This document shows positions 38,351 to 48,499 of a stretch of DNA of 64,000 bases, piece by piece. The notes under the pieces are model-generated. The model saw only the letters and a list, made by a program, of their open reading frames with translations, did not search any database and was not told the DNA's origin. The DNA comes from Bacteroidia bacterium. GTDB lineage: Bacteria; Bacteroidota; Bacteroidia; AKYH767-A; OLB10. Where the stretch lies: positions 2,440-66,439 of the forward strand of contig JBBRAW010000006.1 of the NCBI GenBank assembly GCA_038206385.1. Direction: 5' to 3'. Position 1 is the first letter of the stretch, and every line of letters begins with the position of its first letter. Made by a program: the position numbers and the translations under genes.

Positions 38351-39655
38351 TCAAAGTGTTGCCGAAATACATTCTTTCATTACAAGATCGAGTGTATGAT
38401 TAAGATCGGTATTATTAATAACCATATATTGTTGTTTACTTCCTGATTTACTAAGGTCTTCAAACAACTCCTTGTATTCAGCGGTTAGATTTTGAATGTC
38501 AATACTGCTTAATTCACGTTTACGGCTAAGAATAATTTCAGGAGCAGCATACAGAAATACATTCACATTCGGTTTAAAAAGAAAATAATAAAATAAGCGA
38601 AGAAAGCTTTTCGGTAAAACAATATTTGAACGTTTCGAATCAATAATAAAATCAAAATAATATCGATCATACAACACAGTGTAACCTCTTAATGTATATT
38701 TGAAATAAATGTAATATTGTCCGAATAAATAATCTAAATAATAGTATAGAAACCGAATCAGTGAACTAAGTTTATTCGTATTACTTCCTTGTCGTGGTAG
38801 CTGATTTATTGTTCTCATTTCTGCACTCCTTTTTCCATAACGAATGGAACTAAGAATTGGAAGTAATGATGGACGATGACGTAAAACCTTTACGCGTTGT
38901 CGATATTTTATTTGTAAGCTATCGCGAACACTTTCTAATAATGTTGATTTTCCAGCACCATCAACTCCGCTAAACGTTACAACAATTCCACGATTGTGGA
39001 TCATGTCTCGAAATACATCTGTTATGTATCTTAAAAATTTTATTGCGCGAAAAACTTTATGGTTATCTGAATGTTCAAGTATTTTTTGAATTATCTTTTT
39101 TGATTCTCTTTCGGAAGTAACGAATAATTCGTCTAATGTATTTAAATGCAATTTGTACTTGTGACAGATGTAGCCGAAAATTTCACTTCTTTCCTCTTTA
39201 CTTAAAGAGGTATAATACTGAACATAGCGATCAGGTGTATTAGCTTTGTTTATTAGATTAAAAAGTACAATATATTCGTAATTGTGTTTTAATGCAGCAA
39301 CTTTTATATTCTCCTTTGAAATAATAACATGATTTAGGATATCTTTTGCCTCTAGATAAATAATCCCTTTTCTATCGAAACGATGTATAAGATCTACCTC
39401 TAAGTATGTTCCATCCTTAAAAGAAATATTTACAAATGTTACAAATGATTTTTTATAAACATGAACCCATTCAATATTATCTCCAGCGCGAATTAATTTA
39501 AGAAATTTTATTTTTTCGCTTTCCTTAATTAATAAGTCGATGTCAGAGGAAGTTGGTATTTCATCAATAAATTCATGCGTGAATTTTAACAAAGCGTATC
39601 GAAAATCCGAAGCTCCTTTAAAAAAGTAATGCAAAAATTCTTTTCGATGACTCAT
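38351..39655 (-). CDS. two-domain protein: N-terminal minimal-nucleotidyltransferase-like domain and C-terminal P-loop kinase-like domain
   Basis: 'IPTSSDIDLLI' resembles the GS...[SD]DIDL NTase-fold motif. 'VVTFSGVDGAGKSTLLESV' is a Walker A of thymidylate/deoxynucleoside-kinase type. No glycosyltransferase features. Confidence 0.55.
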   Translation of the reverse strand: MSHRKEFLHYFFKGASDFRYALLKFTHEFIDEIPTSSDIDLLIKESEKIKFLKLIRAGDNIEWVHVYKKSFVTFVNISFKDGTYLEVDLIHRFDRKGIIYLEAKDILNHVIISKENIKVAALKHNYEYIVLFNLINKANTPDRYVQYYTSLSKEERSEIFGYICHKYKLHLNTLDELFVTSERESKKIIQKILEHSDNHKVFRAIKFLRYITDVFRDMIHNRGIVVTFSGVDGAGKSTLLESVRDSLQIKYRQRVKVLRHRPSLLPILSSIRYGKRSAEMRTINQLPRQGSNTNKLSSLIRFLYYYLDYLFGQYYIYFKYTLRGYTVLYDRYYFDFIIDSKRSNIVLPKSFLRLFYYFLFKPNVNVFLYAAPEIILSRKRELSSIDIQNLTAEYKELFEDLSKSGSKQQYMVINNTDLNHTLDLVMKECISATL

Positions 39656-41037
39656 ACGTTGGTCGCTGAATTATCAGCAATATGTGTTATGTCTTCAAGA
39701 GCTTCTAGCCACGCATCCATCATCCATTGACTCTGCGTTAGCAATTCAGTTTCATTAATATATTGCCGTAAATAATAACTTACATTAAACAAAAGATACA
39801 AACGATAATTTAATGCTGTATTAATTTTATACTTATGAACGATCTGCTTGATGAGAGGTGTTTGTTGCCATTTTTGTACTGACTTTATTACATCATTATA
39901 TTTTTTTTGATGCTGAAGAATTGTTGATTGAAAAGTGAAGTGGTATAAATCGAACAACATTGGGATTCCGTTTCGAGCTAATTCCCAATCATAAACATAT
40001 AAACGTTGATCATCACAATACATATTCCAAGGAGTGAAGTCGCCATGAGAAACAGAAACTGCGATTTCATCTGTTACAGAAATACTATTGTAAACTTTTG
40101 TAAGTAAATAAATAATTCGCTTTGTCTTGGCCGTATTTAGTCCATTTGAAAATAGCAATTCTTGTTTTAAGAATTCCATGTTGTTGATGATGGTATGCCA
40201 TGCAACACTTTCCATTATCATTTTACGTTCATGACTAATATTATACAATTCTGCCATCACCTTTGCGTGAATTGAGGTAATACGATCTGCCGAAATCACA
40301 ATGCCCGGCTTCACATTACTGATACGCGCATTTCCATTAATCTTCTTCGAGAGTTTCGGTAGACTTAATGTTGTGAAATCATATTTTCCAAGCGCAGTAA
40401 GCATTTCTATTTCGTTTTGTACTAGTGACTTTGAATGTTTTGTTAGTGGGATTTTCACAAAGCCTGAACAGCTTGATTTATCGTGAATTTCCATTACCGT
40501 TTTGCGAGTTGCTCCTCTTGTTCCAGTGAAGAATGATACAGATTCATGTTGCATCACTCCGTTAAGTTGTTTTACTCGTTCTAGTAGATTTTGTTGCAGA
40601 TAAATAACCCCAGAAGCAAGTCGTTGCTCTTGCCCAATTTTCCACGCTAGGTGGCTAAGTTTTTTATAAAACCTTCCCTTCCAAGTTGCTGTATTGTAGA
40701 GTGATAAGTATCCCGCATGTTTATCGTCAGCTAGAAAAAGCCAACGCATCGTACCATCAGGATTATTAATAAAATAAATTTTTATTGTTTCTTCTCCAAT
40801 AGAAAGTCCCGCATAAAGCGCATTTTCAACGTTACCATCGGGATTAAAACCAGAAGTTAAATCGACATAAAACAAAGTCTCATCTTCTTGAAATATTGGT
40901 TCTTGCAATAGTCGAAAATCAATGTTCTGAGCGACCGTTAATCGGTGATAAGGATCAAAAATGGCAAGTGTTTTCTTCTCAGGCGAAAAAATATCACGCA
41001 GCAGAACTAGATCGGAAAGATATATAGGTTTTTGCAT
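39652..41037 (-). CDS. aminoglycoside/choline-kinase-like (APH-fold) phosphotransferase with an unrecognised ~200-aa N-terminal domain
   Basis: Catalytic loop 'SHGDFTPWNM' and 'VYDWE' (H-G-D-x4-N ... D) typical of the APH/ChoK family. The track start at 41073 overlaps the upstream gene by 80 nt, so an internal ATG (41037) is used. Confidence 0.6.
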   Translation of the reverse strand: MQKPIYLSDLVLLRDIFSPEKKTLAIFDPYHRLTVAQNIDFRLLQEPIFQEDETLFYVDLTSGFNPDGNVENALYAGLSIGEETIKIYFINNPDGTMRWLFLADDKHAGYLSLYNTATWKGRFYKKLSHLAWKIGQEQRLASGVIYLQQNLLERVKQLNGVMQHESVSFFTGTRGATRKTVMEIHDKSSCSGFVKIPLTKHSKSLVQNEIEMLTALGKYDFTTLSLPKLSKKINGNARISNVKPGIVISADRITSIHAKVMAELYNISHERKMIMESVAWHTIINNMEFLKQELLFSNGLNTAKTKRIIYLLTKVYNSISVTDEIAVSVSHGDFTPWNMYCDDQRLYVYDWELARNGIPMLFDLYHFTFQSTILQHQKKYNDVIKSVQKWQQTPLIKQIVHKYKINTALNYRLYLLFNVSYYLRQYINETELLTQSQWMMDAWLEALEDITHIADNSATNV

Positions 41038-42313
41038 TGGATTCCGTACTCCGATATATACGTGATGAAACACCTAATGGTTCGATACTAATTGTAATAA
41101 CAATTAAGAGATAAAAAAGAATTCCATAATTTGTTTCACCAAAGATTCCGAACTCTGTTAATGAGTTTATGAGTAATGGAATAAAAATTAATAACGCAGA
41201 CGTTTTTTGTGCTTTATCAGGATGTGTTAAAAGTGCATGTAAGAAAGTACTTAGCTGTGATAGCACTAACAACAATCCTACTAATCCTAGTCCTAATAAT
41301 ACTTGTAAAAAAGTATTATGAGTCATGGCTCCTGAATATGCATTCAGTGATTCAAATTTATCGGCATAATCGATTCGCATATATCCAAAACCAAACCAGG
41401 GTTCACGCGGGAAATTATACGTCAATAAATCTTTCCAAAACGGAATTCTTCCTGTCATACTCATTACCTCTTCTGCATTACTTTGTTTTACAAAAATTTG
41501 ATATCCAAGCAATGGAATTGTGAGTATTAACAAACTTCCTAAGGCGATCTTAAATGCTTTCGATTGTTGTTTATATCCATAAAGTCCAATTACTAAAAGC
41601 ATCGAAATAAAAGAAGAGCGAGATCCAGTTAGAAAGAGTAAATAAATTAATCCTCCAATAATAAATATAGATCGAACGCTATATTTATTATCCTTAAATA
41701 ACATTGGTAACATTACTGCTATTCCTACAACAAGCAACATTCCTAGCTCATTTGGATTAATAATATATCCACCTAATCGTGATACTTCGCCACCATGTGT
41801 TAGTCGATAATATTGATCTGGGTCTAAAACTTTACCTATTGCAAACCATGCTGCAATTAATGCTATTGCTGGTGCAATAATTTTATGCAATTCGAAATAC
41901 CCTCCTGGATACAAGGATTTACATGCTAATACTAATCGCATAAAAAAGAATGCAAATACAAAGCTTTCAATATCCATAAATATTTGTAGCAACGAATATT
42001 TAAAAGAGCTTGTCCATAATAAAGATGCAATACCCAAAACTAAATATCCAAAATATAACCAGAGTGGCAAAGGGTATTTAATTTTATAAAGTGGCTTATC
42101 ACTTCGCATTTGTTGAATAATACTTGCTGTAATAACAGTAATTGTTAATGTCGTTCGCAAACCTGCTTTTAATGCTTGTGTTATTATTAAATCTTCTGAC
42201 AAAACGAAGTAACTAATGATTCTTAAAAGAATTATCGAAACAAGAAATACTCGAAATCCAGGAGCAGGATTCTTATAGATCGCTTTAGCGTTCATAAAGG
42301 AGTTATGCTGCAT
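40994..42313 (-). CDS. O-antigen ligase/polymerase family membrane protein (Wzy-like)
   Basis: About 11 TM helices with a large loop carrying R/H residues, as in Wzy_C. Confidence 0.8.
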   Translation of the reverse strand: MQHNSFMNAKAIYKNPAPGFRVFLVSIILLRIISYFVLSEDLIITQALKAGLRTTLTITVITASIIQQMRSDKPLYKIKYPLPLWLYFGYLVLGIASLLWTSSFKYSLLQIFMDIESFVFAFFFMRLVLACKSLYPGGYFELHKIIAPAIALIAAWFAIGKVLDPDQYYRLTHGGEVSRLGGYIINPNELGMLLVVGIAVMLPMLFKDNKYSVRSIFIIGGLIYLLFLTGSRSSFISMLLVIGLYGYKQQSKAFKIALGSLLILTIPLLGYQIFVKQSNAEEVMSMTGRIPFWKDLLTYNFPREPWFGFGYMRIDYADKFESLNAYSGAMTHNTFLQVLLGLGLVGLLLVLSQLSTFLHALLTHPDKAQKTSALLIFIPLLINSLTEFGIFGETNYGILFYLLIVITISIEPLGVSSRIYRSTESNAKTYISFRSSSAA

Positions 42314-43424
42314 AAACGTCTACTAATTTTTTTGCAATACTTAACCAATTAAACTCATCCTCCACCATCTTAAGTGCCGAATTTCCCATTAGCAGATGTT
42401 CGCCCTTCTCAAACGATTGATCGAAATTTAATAATGCATGTGCAATTGTATTCGAATCATTTTTTTTCAGATGTATTCCGCATTTACGTTTTTCAACAAG
42501 TTCTCCAACATTTGTTGCAGTACTTACTAAAAGTGGACGTTTTAATGCTGCCGCTTCTAATACTGCTGTTGGTGATCCTTCTGAACGTGATGTATGACAA
42601 AATAAATCCATATTTGCAATTCGATTTAATTTATCTTTTCCATAACGAGCGCCCATAAAAGTTACATGATCCGATAAGTTTAACGTTTTCACTTGCTCTT
42701 CTAAAATAGGACGATCAGGTCCATCGCCTATCAACCATAATTCCCCCTTCCCACCCTTTTTGTGGTACGCAGCAAAACCATCAATTAATAAATCCAGTCC
42801 TTTGTAATAAATATCTAATCGACCACAGAAACCAATTACAGGCGTATGTTTACGATGCATCTTATGGTATTCAAAATTTAGCTCTTCAAAATTTTGACCG
42901 TTAGGAATAATAACTTTATTGTTAAGTGTTACAATTTTCGCGATGTGTTCATATTCACTCTGTCCTAAAAATTGAACTTTTTTTGCTTCACGCAGAATTG
43001 TTTTTTCATAACGTTGAATATATAATCTCTTTAGCCATTTACTTTTATCTAAAGCAATCGCATTGAATGCGCCATGAGGAGTGTAAACATAACTCATCTT
43101 CATATCCTTTAAAAATCTTGTGATCTTGTAAAAATCAGCGATGAACGCGCCATGAATATGAAATACCGTTGATCGAGGCAAACGTGAAACTGAATACAAT
43201 AATTTAGGATCTAAGTCGCGGTAGAAAGGTTGTGCACGAAATAATTTAGTAGGAAAATCACGGGGATAAACTTCTGAAGTCACATTAGATGTTATTCCCC
43301 ATATTTCAACATCGAGACCTAATTCATGTAAATGTGAAGCATGATTATGTGCAACTTTATTCACCCCGTTCATGCGATTGGGATTTGCCTTTCCTAAAAC
43401 TAAATGAATAATTTTTTGCGACAT
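42303..43424 (-). CDS. family GT4 glycosyltransferase
   Basis: C-terminal 'SRSEGSPTAVLEAAALKRPLLVS' Glycos_transf_1 motif. Confidence 0.85.
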   Translation of the reverse strand: MSQKIIHLVLGKANPNRMNGVNKVAHNHASHLHELGLDVEIWGITSNVTSEVYPRDFPTKLFRAQPFYRDLDPKLLYSVSRLPRSTVFHIHGAFIADFYKITRFLKDMKMSYVYTPHGAFNAIALDKSKWLKRLYIQRYEKTILREAKKVQFLGQSEYEHIAKIVTLNNKVIIPNGQNFEELNFEYHKMHRKHTPVIGFCGRLDIYYKGLDLLIDGFAAYHKKGGKGELWLIGDGPDRPILEEQVKTLNLSDHVTFMGARYGKDKLNRIANMDLFCHTSRSEGSPTAVLEAAALKRPLLVSTATNVGELVEKRKCGIHLKKNDSNTIAHALLNFDQSFEKGEHLLMGNSALKMVEDEFNWLSIAKKLVDVYAA

Positions 43425-43500
43425 AATACCATTTATACGTAAGATTTATGGATTAGTTTAATAAAAATCTTACATTATAAAATCACAGAAATTGAAAAAG

Positions 43501-44763
43501 TTAAAGATGTTTTAATTCTTTACGAAGACTAAACAAATAAATAAATAAGGTGATAAGTTGAGTGATCATTAGTCCAGCAACAATTCCATAAATTCCAAAT
43601 GATTTAATAATTGGATAAGCACACAATACGCTAAAAACAGAACTCGCTATGAACGAAATAAATATCAGTCTTGTTTTTTCTAATGTTCTTATGGCATATC
43701 TCAGAGGATATCCTAAAAATACGATTACATACAAACCACAAAAACAAACAAGCAGATGACGGTATTCAATGAAATCATTTCCATAACATGCATGAATAAT
43801 TTCGCTACTAAAAATAGCAATTAATCCAAGCATTGTTAATGTGATGCATCCCATTTGCAATGTAAATTTCCAGAGATAACGAAACATCATATCCTTACCA
43901 CCAATTCGTTGAAAGTTGGCTGCTCTTGCAGGAATAATATTTTCCATTGCAAGAAACAAAACATGTGTAACTCCAACAATATTTTGTGCCATTCGTGTAG
44001 CACCTACTGCTTGTGGACCAAGTATTGCTCCAGCGGCAATGATAAATAAGTTTCCAGAAAACCATTGCAATAGTGCAGTTGCTGTTAGCCATTTACTAAA
44101 ATCCCAATGCTCTAAAAAAGTTTCTTTAATGTGTTGCAAATTAAATCGTAGTTCTTTAAGCGACCATAACGCAACGAGCGATGCGTATAAAAAGAAAACA
44201 GCCGTTAATAATAATACAAATTGTGCATCCATTGCTCTAACAAAATGAATACAAAATGCACTAACCAATACTCCGCCATAAGCAATTGTATCAATAATTA
44301 TAGAGATGTGTGGCTTACCAGTTACAAAAAAATATCGTCGAAAGAAATCTTGCAACAAGAAAGAAAATACTGCTAATGGAAATGCAAGGATTATACTTTC
44401 TACTTTCCAAGTCTTTAAAACATAACCCATAAATATTACAGTAATAAAAGACAAGATGCCCATCAATGCTGCAAATAATATTTGTTTAATTACTAAGGCT
44501 TGTAAATAATTTTCCTGTTGCTCTGGCGATTTTTTTCCACTCAGCGTTTGCATTGGTGCTATGATGAAAGGTTGATTAATGCTACTAGCAATTAAAACAC
44601 CGATCCAAGCAATGCTATAAATACCAAAACCATTTATTCCAAGATATCGTGCTAACACAATGCTCGATAAAAAACTAAAGCCACTAACAATAGCTTGATC
44701 CGCATAAACCAGTGCTGTACTGTTACGCCTTAAAAGTTTAGGTATTGCAATGGAAATATTCAT
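43501..44763 (-). CDS. MOP-superfamily oligosaccharide flippase (Wzx)
   Basis: About 12 TM helices with the polysaccharide-biosynthesis-protein family layout. Confidence 0.8.
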   Translation of the reverse strand: MNISIAIPKLLRRNSTALVYADQAIVSGFSFLSSIVLARYLGINGFGIYSIAWIGVLIASSINQPFIIAPMQTLSGKKSPEQQENYLQALVIKQILFAALMGILSFITVIFMGYVLKTWKVESIILAFPLAVFSFLLQDFFRRYFFVTGKPHISIIIDTIAYGGVLVSAFCIHFVRAMDAQFVLLLTAVFFLYASLVALWSLKELRFNLQHIKETFLEHWDFSKWLTATALLQWFSGNLFIIAAGAILGPQAVGATRMAQNIVGVTHVLFLAMENIIPARAANFQRIGGKDMMFRYLWKFTLQMGCITLTMLGLIAIFSSEIIHACYGNDFIEYRHLLVCFCGLYVIVFLGYPLRYAIRTLEKTRLIFISFIASSVFSVLCAYPIIKSFGIYGIVAGLMITQLITLFIYLFSLRKELKHL

Positions 44764-44769
44764 ATACTT

Positions 44770-47073
44770 TTACCAAACAAATAAATTGGTTAATTGTGGT
44801 GTCGTTCTTTTTGATGACGATATTTTAAATTTACTTGGACGAATATATCCTGTATGATTACGTTTTTCTTTCATCGCATTTAAAACATAATGAACCTCTT
44901 TTAAACGATATTCTTCTTTAATCATTTCAGCGTTTGCGATTAATTCATCACGACCTGTTTCTGCTCGAACAACATATAAATTTAAATCACTCCATTTCAT
45001 AAATGGAATTGCATCAGTATATTCACCTACTTCAGGAGTGTCAATAATTACAGCATCATATTGATGACGCAATTCATCAATGATTTCTTTTGTGCGATGT
45101 GTTGCAACTAAATGTCCTAATGGAGTAGTTTCATTTCCACAAGTGATTAGGTCTAGATTTGGAATCGATGTAATCTGAATCACATCTTGTAGCGATCGAT
45201 GTTGAATATACACTTCACTAATTCCTGCCGATCCTCTAACATCAAACAGTTGACCAAGGCAAGGTTTATAGGTGTTCAAATCAATCATGATAACCTTTTT
45301 ATCCATCGCAGCTAATGTGCGCGCTAGATTTGTTGCAACAAACGATTTACCTTCCCCCTTACGAGTGCTTGTAACCGTAATTACCATCGGTTGATTCGAT
45401 GATTGATTCATCATGATGCGCGTACTTAATGCAGTGAACGCTTTATAAGCAGGCTCGTCTTTGCGAAGTTTTTCGATATGCCCAATTACTGGAATACTAC
45501 TATTTGGTGAAAGATCTTCAGGAGCATTTACAGATGGTTTCATGTAGTGACGTAAATACGCGATTACAATTCCTATCACTAAACCTAAAAATAATGAAAC
45601 TCCCCAAACAACATTTGAATGTGGAGAAACTACATCTAACGGTAATGTTGCAACTTCTAAAATTTTATTAAACGAAACATTTACTTGACGCGTAATCATC
45701 GCTTCTGTTCGTTTCTCAATTAAAAAGTTATAAATTTTTTCATACAAAAAATAATTTCCTGTCAACTCTTCCAAAGTACTTTCTTTTTCGGGAACTCCTT
45801 TAAACGTTGCGCGTTCATCATCAATTGCAACATACAACTCGTCTTGTTTCGTCAATAATTTACGACGTGTATTATTTATACTTTCTACAAGAAATGCCTT
45901 TTGTTGTACAATCTCAGCATCTACATTTTTTACACGATCATTATCTGCCGTATACTTACGAAGTAATTCATCGTGCTCACGTAATTTACCGTTGAGATGT
46001 GTTACTGCTTCAGTAAATAATGGATCTTGAACAGAACCATATTCAGGACCAGAAAAACGAATTTCCTTATTCTTACGCAGATAATCACTCATATTTTCGA
46101 GTGAGGCCAACTGCATATTCAAATCTACCTTCTGAATTTCTAACTGTCCTAATGTTTTATAAGTAGCTTCAGTTGCCTGAGGAATATTTACAATATCATT
46201 TTTTATACGATAATTTTTTATTGCATCACGAGCCTGCTCTAATTCAAGGCTAACAATTGATAATTGCTGATTAATAAAGTCAACTGTGTTCCCAGCAAGA
46301 TCTTTTTTTTCTTCAATACTTTGATCAATGTAAGATTGGGCAATTGCATTCACTAATTTAACAGCTTTTTCTGCGATTGGATGTGAATAATAAACCTTGA
46401 TTACGTTCACATCCTTATCAACTGCTTTTACAAGATAATCTTTTGTTAAATATTTATTGGTAAGTGCTGTGCTTGAGTAAACGGTAAATCTCCACGGAGC
46501 CGCTAAATATTGTGTTGTTTTATATTTAATGATTGGGTCATTTTTATGAAGCGTAATGCAAACACCACGATCACAAACTTCTTTACCAAATTCACCTTGC
46601 TTTTCTATCTCTGTACCAACAACATTGTATGTAATTTTAAATTTATTTCCTGATAAATAACGGAATTCATAATCACGTTTGTAGAATGTACTATCTGAAA
46701 TTTTAAAATCTACTTTGAAGGGTGTATCACCATAAATTTCTTCCGTTTTTAGTTCACCTTCATGAAAATATTCTACATAAAAATCTAAACGCTCTAATGC
46801 CTTCTGGAAAAAATTCCTAGACTTTAAAACCTCCACTTCTGTTTGAACTTTATTATTGCTTTTAAAAACATCGAAGTCCCGGTAGAGATTGGAGCTCGCC
46901 ATTCCTTGTTGTGGATCTTCAATTTTTAAGGTGGCACTTGCCTGATACTCCGGTGTAGCCATGTACAAATATCGTGTAGCAACAATGCTCGCGATCATGA
47001 TACAAATAAGAACCAAATACCAACGTTTTTTCAACGGGTATAAAATGTGTGAGAGACTTCCTGGTGAGCGCAT
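44770..47073 (-). CDS. Wzc-type polysaccharide co-polymerase with C-terminal BY-kinase domain
   Basis: N-terminal Wzz-like periplasmic domain between two TM helices, a long coiled coil, then Walker A 'TSTRKGEGKS' and Walker B 'IIDTP'. Confidence 0.85.
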   Translation of the reverse strand: MRSPGSLSHILYPLKKRWYLVLICIMIASIVATRYLYMATPEYQASATLKIEDPQQGMASSNLYRDFDVFKSNNKVQTEVEVLKSRNFFQKALERLDFYVEYFHEGELKTEEIYGDTPFKVDFKISDSTFYKRDYEFRYLSGNKFKITYNVVGTEIEKQGEFGKEVCDRGVCITLHKNDPIIKYKTTQYLAAPWRFTVYSSTALTNKYLTKDYLVKAVDKDVNVIKVYYSHPIAEKAVKLVNAIAQSYIDQSIEEKKDLAGNTVDFINQQLSIVSLELEQARDAIKNYRIKNDIVNIPQATEATYKTLGQLEIQKVDLNMQLASLENMSDYLRKNKEIRFSGPEYGSVQDPLFTEAVTHLNGKLREHDELLRKYTADNDRVKNVDAEIVQQKAFLVESINNTRRKLLTKQDELYVAIDDERATFKGVPEKESTLEELTGNYFLYEKIYNFLIEKRTEAMITRQVNVSFNKILEVATLPLDVVSPHSNVVWGVSLFLGLVIGIVIAYLRHYMKPSVNAPEDLSPNSSIPVIGHIEKLRKDEPAYKAFTALSTRIMMNQSSNQPMVITVTSTRKGEGKSFVATNLARTLAAMDKKVIMIDLNTYKPCLGQLFDVRGSAGISEVYIQHRSLQDVIQITSIPNLDLITCGNETTPLGHLVATHRTKEIIDELRHQYDAVIIDTPEVGEYTDAIPFMKWSDLNLYVVRAETGRDELIANAEMIKEEYRLKEVHYVLNAMKEKRNHTGYIRPSKFKISSSKRTTPQLTNLFVW

Positions 47074-47075
47074 AA

Positions 47076-47831
47076 TTATTTCTTTGAAACGCTGTACACT
47101 AATGCTATTGCTGTAATTAAGCTGGCAAGCGGAATCAGCTTAGCAGAAAATCGATCGAATTTTTTTCCTCCTGATGGTGGAATGTAAACCACATCATTTG
47201 GATAAACTCTTGTATCACTTAAGGAAGTATTTGTCATGTCAACTACAAATGATTCTTTTCCTCTTATTATTTTAACGCTTGTTGTTTTTGCATAATCTGT
47301 AAATCCAGATGCTTTTGCAATAAGATCTATTAATCGAATATTATCGGCGCTATAAATATAAATTCCTGCTCGTTGAACTTCACCAATAATTGTTACTTCG
47401 TTATTTAAGATTCTTAAATTTATAATTGGATCAACAATAAATTTCCCGTAAGCTTTTTCAAGAACTTTTTTTGCTTGCGTTAAAGTAAGTCCTTCCAATT
47501 TTGTAATCCCGATTTGTGGAAGGTTCACTTCTCCTTTGGAATCAATCATCAGCCACTTACCCGTTTCTTCTTGTACATTATATATATTATGTACCGATCC
47601 AACGCTCAAATCTTCGTGTCCCCAAATGCTAATCGACATTTTATCGTTAGGCTGTAATACCTTTTCAACAGTTTCATCAACACTGCTAGAGGTAGTTCCT
47701 TGCTTTGGTTGATTGTTTGTTGCTGTATGCGAATACAAAACATATTTATTACACGAACTAATGATGCACATGCTAAATAGCAGCAATAGCATCGTTCTGA
47801 TTATGGTTAAAAGTTTCAATGTGGTTAACAT
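47076..47831 (-). CDS. Wza-family outer-membrane polysaccharide export lipoprotein
   Basis: Lipobox 'ISSC', a Poly_export motif ('PNDKMSISIWGHEDL') and an SLBB domain. Confidence 0.85.
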   Translation of the reverse strand: MLTTLKLLTIIRTMLLLLFSMCIISSCNKYVLYSHTATNNQPKQGTTSSSVDETVEKVLQPNDKMSISIWGHEDLSVGSVHNIYNVQEETGKWLMIDSKGEVNLPQIGITKLEGLTLTQAKKVLEKAYGKFIVDPIINLRILNNEVTIIGEVQRAGIYIYSADNIRLIDLIAKASGFTDYAKTTSVKIIRGKESFVVDMTNTSLSDTRVYPNDVVYIPPSGGKKFDRFSAKLIPLASLITAIALVYSVSKK

Positions 47832-48056
47832 GGTTTGGTTAAAAATGAATTTCGTTTTAAGACTTCATCTCTTGCGTAATTAAACTCATTTCAGCTTAAA
47901 AAGGTTGCAGTTTTGCTGGAAATATTACAGCATGCTTAAAAAGTAAATTGGAATGAAAAAAATGGCACCTGTAACTTGTGTTTAACGTGGGTAGGTTTGA
48001 AAAGGTTACAAATTTTTCGATGCTTGAATTTACTGGGTTATTATAAGAATTTTTTT

Positions 48057-48084
48057 CTCCCACAAAGGCTCAAAGACCACAAAG
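48057..48084. repeat. inverted copy of the 28-bp 'CTTTGTG' core of the downstream tandem repeats
   Basis: Reverse complement 'CTTTGTGGTCTTTGAGCCTTTGTGGGAG' matches 'CTTTGTGGACTTTGTGTCTTTGTGAGATG' (48600-48628) at about 24/28 positions. It lies directly after the GxxExxY stop codon. Confidence 0.5.
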
Positions 48085-48085
48085 A

Positions 48086-48469
48086 TTATAATAACTGTCC
48101 CACTATTTTTCTATGAATACCTTCTTTAATAAGATTAACATTAAAGTTCACAAGTATTGCCAGCTTCATGTTTGTTAATTTGAGATAAGTCAACACCGTT
48201 TTATGATGAACTTTTTCAAGGTGTTCCACCGATTTAATTTCAACTATTAATTTGTTTCCCATAATTATATCAGCTCTAAATCCAATATCAAGAACTGTGT
48301 CTTCATAATTCGCTACAATACCTTGTTGCCTTGTAAACGCAATACTTCGCTTATCTAATTCGTAAGCAAAAGCTGCTTCATAAACACTTTCAAGTAAGCC
48401 TGGCCCAAGTGTAGTATGTATTTTATAGCAAATATCAACGGCGATAGTAGCCAATTCGTTTTCTGTCAT
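48086..48469 (-). CDS. GxxExxY family protein (PD-(D/E)XK-like)
   Basis: 'GPGLLESVYEAAFAYEL' (the GxxExxY motif) and a downstream '..DIIMGNKLIVEIK' core. Start taken at the internal ATG 'MTENELA'. Confidence 0.8.
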   Translation of the reverse strand: MTENELATIAVDICYKIHTTLGPGLLESVYEAAFAYELDKRSIAFTRQQGIVANYEDTVLDIGFRADIIMGNKLIVEIKSVEHLEKVHHKTVLTYLKLTNMKLAILVNFNVNLIKEGIHRKIVGQLL

Positions 48470-48499
48470 AATTAATTTTAAGTTTACAAATAAAGCAAA

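Noticed and set aside
47958-47975. 'TGGCACCTGTAACTTG' resembling a sigma-54 -24/-12 promoter upstream of the EPS locus
   Set aside because: GG-to-GC spacing is off by 2 nt and there is no GC at -12. It is on the + strand pointing away from the minus-strand operon. A second TGGCAC at 7124 is inside a coding region with no -12 element.
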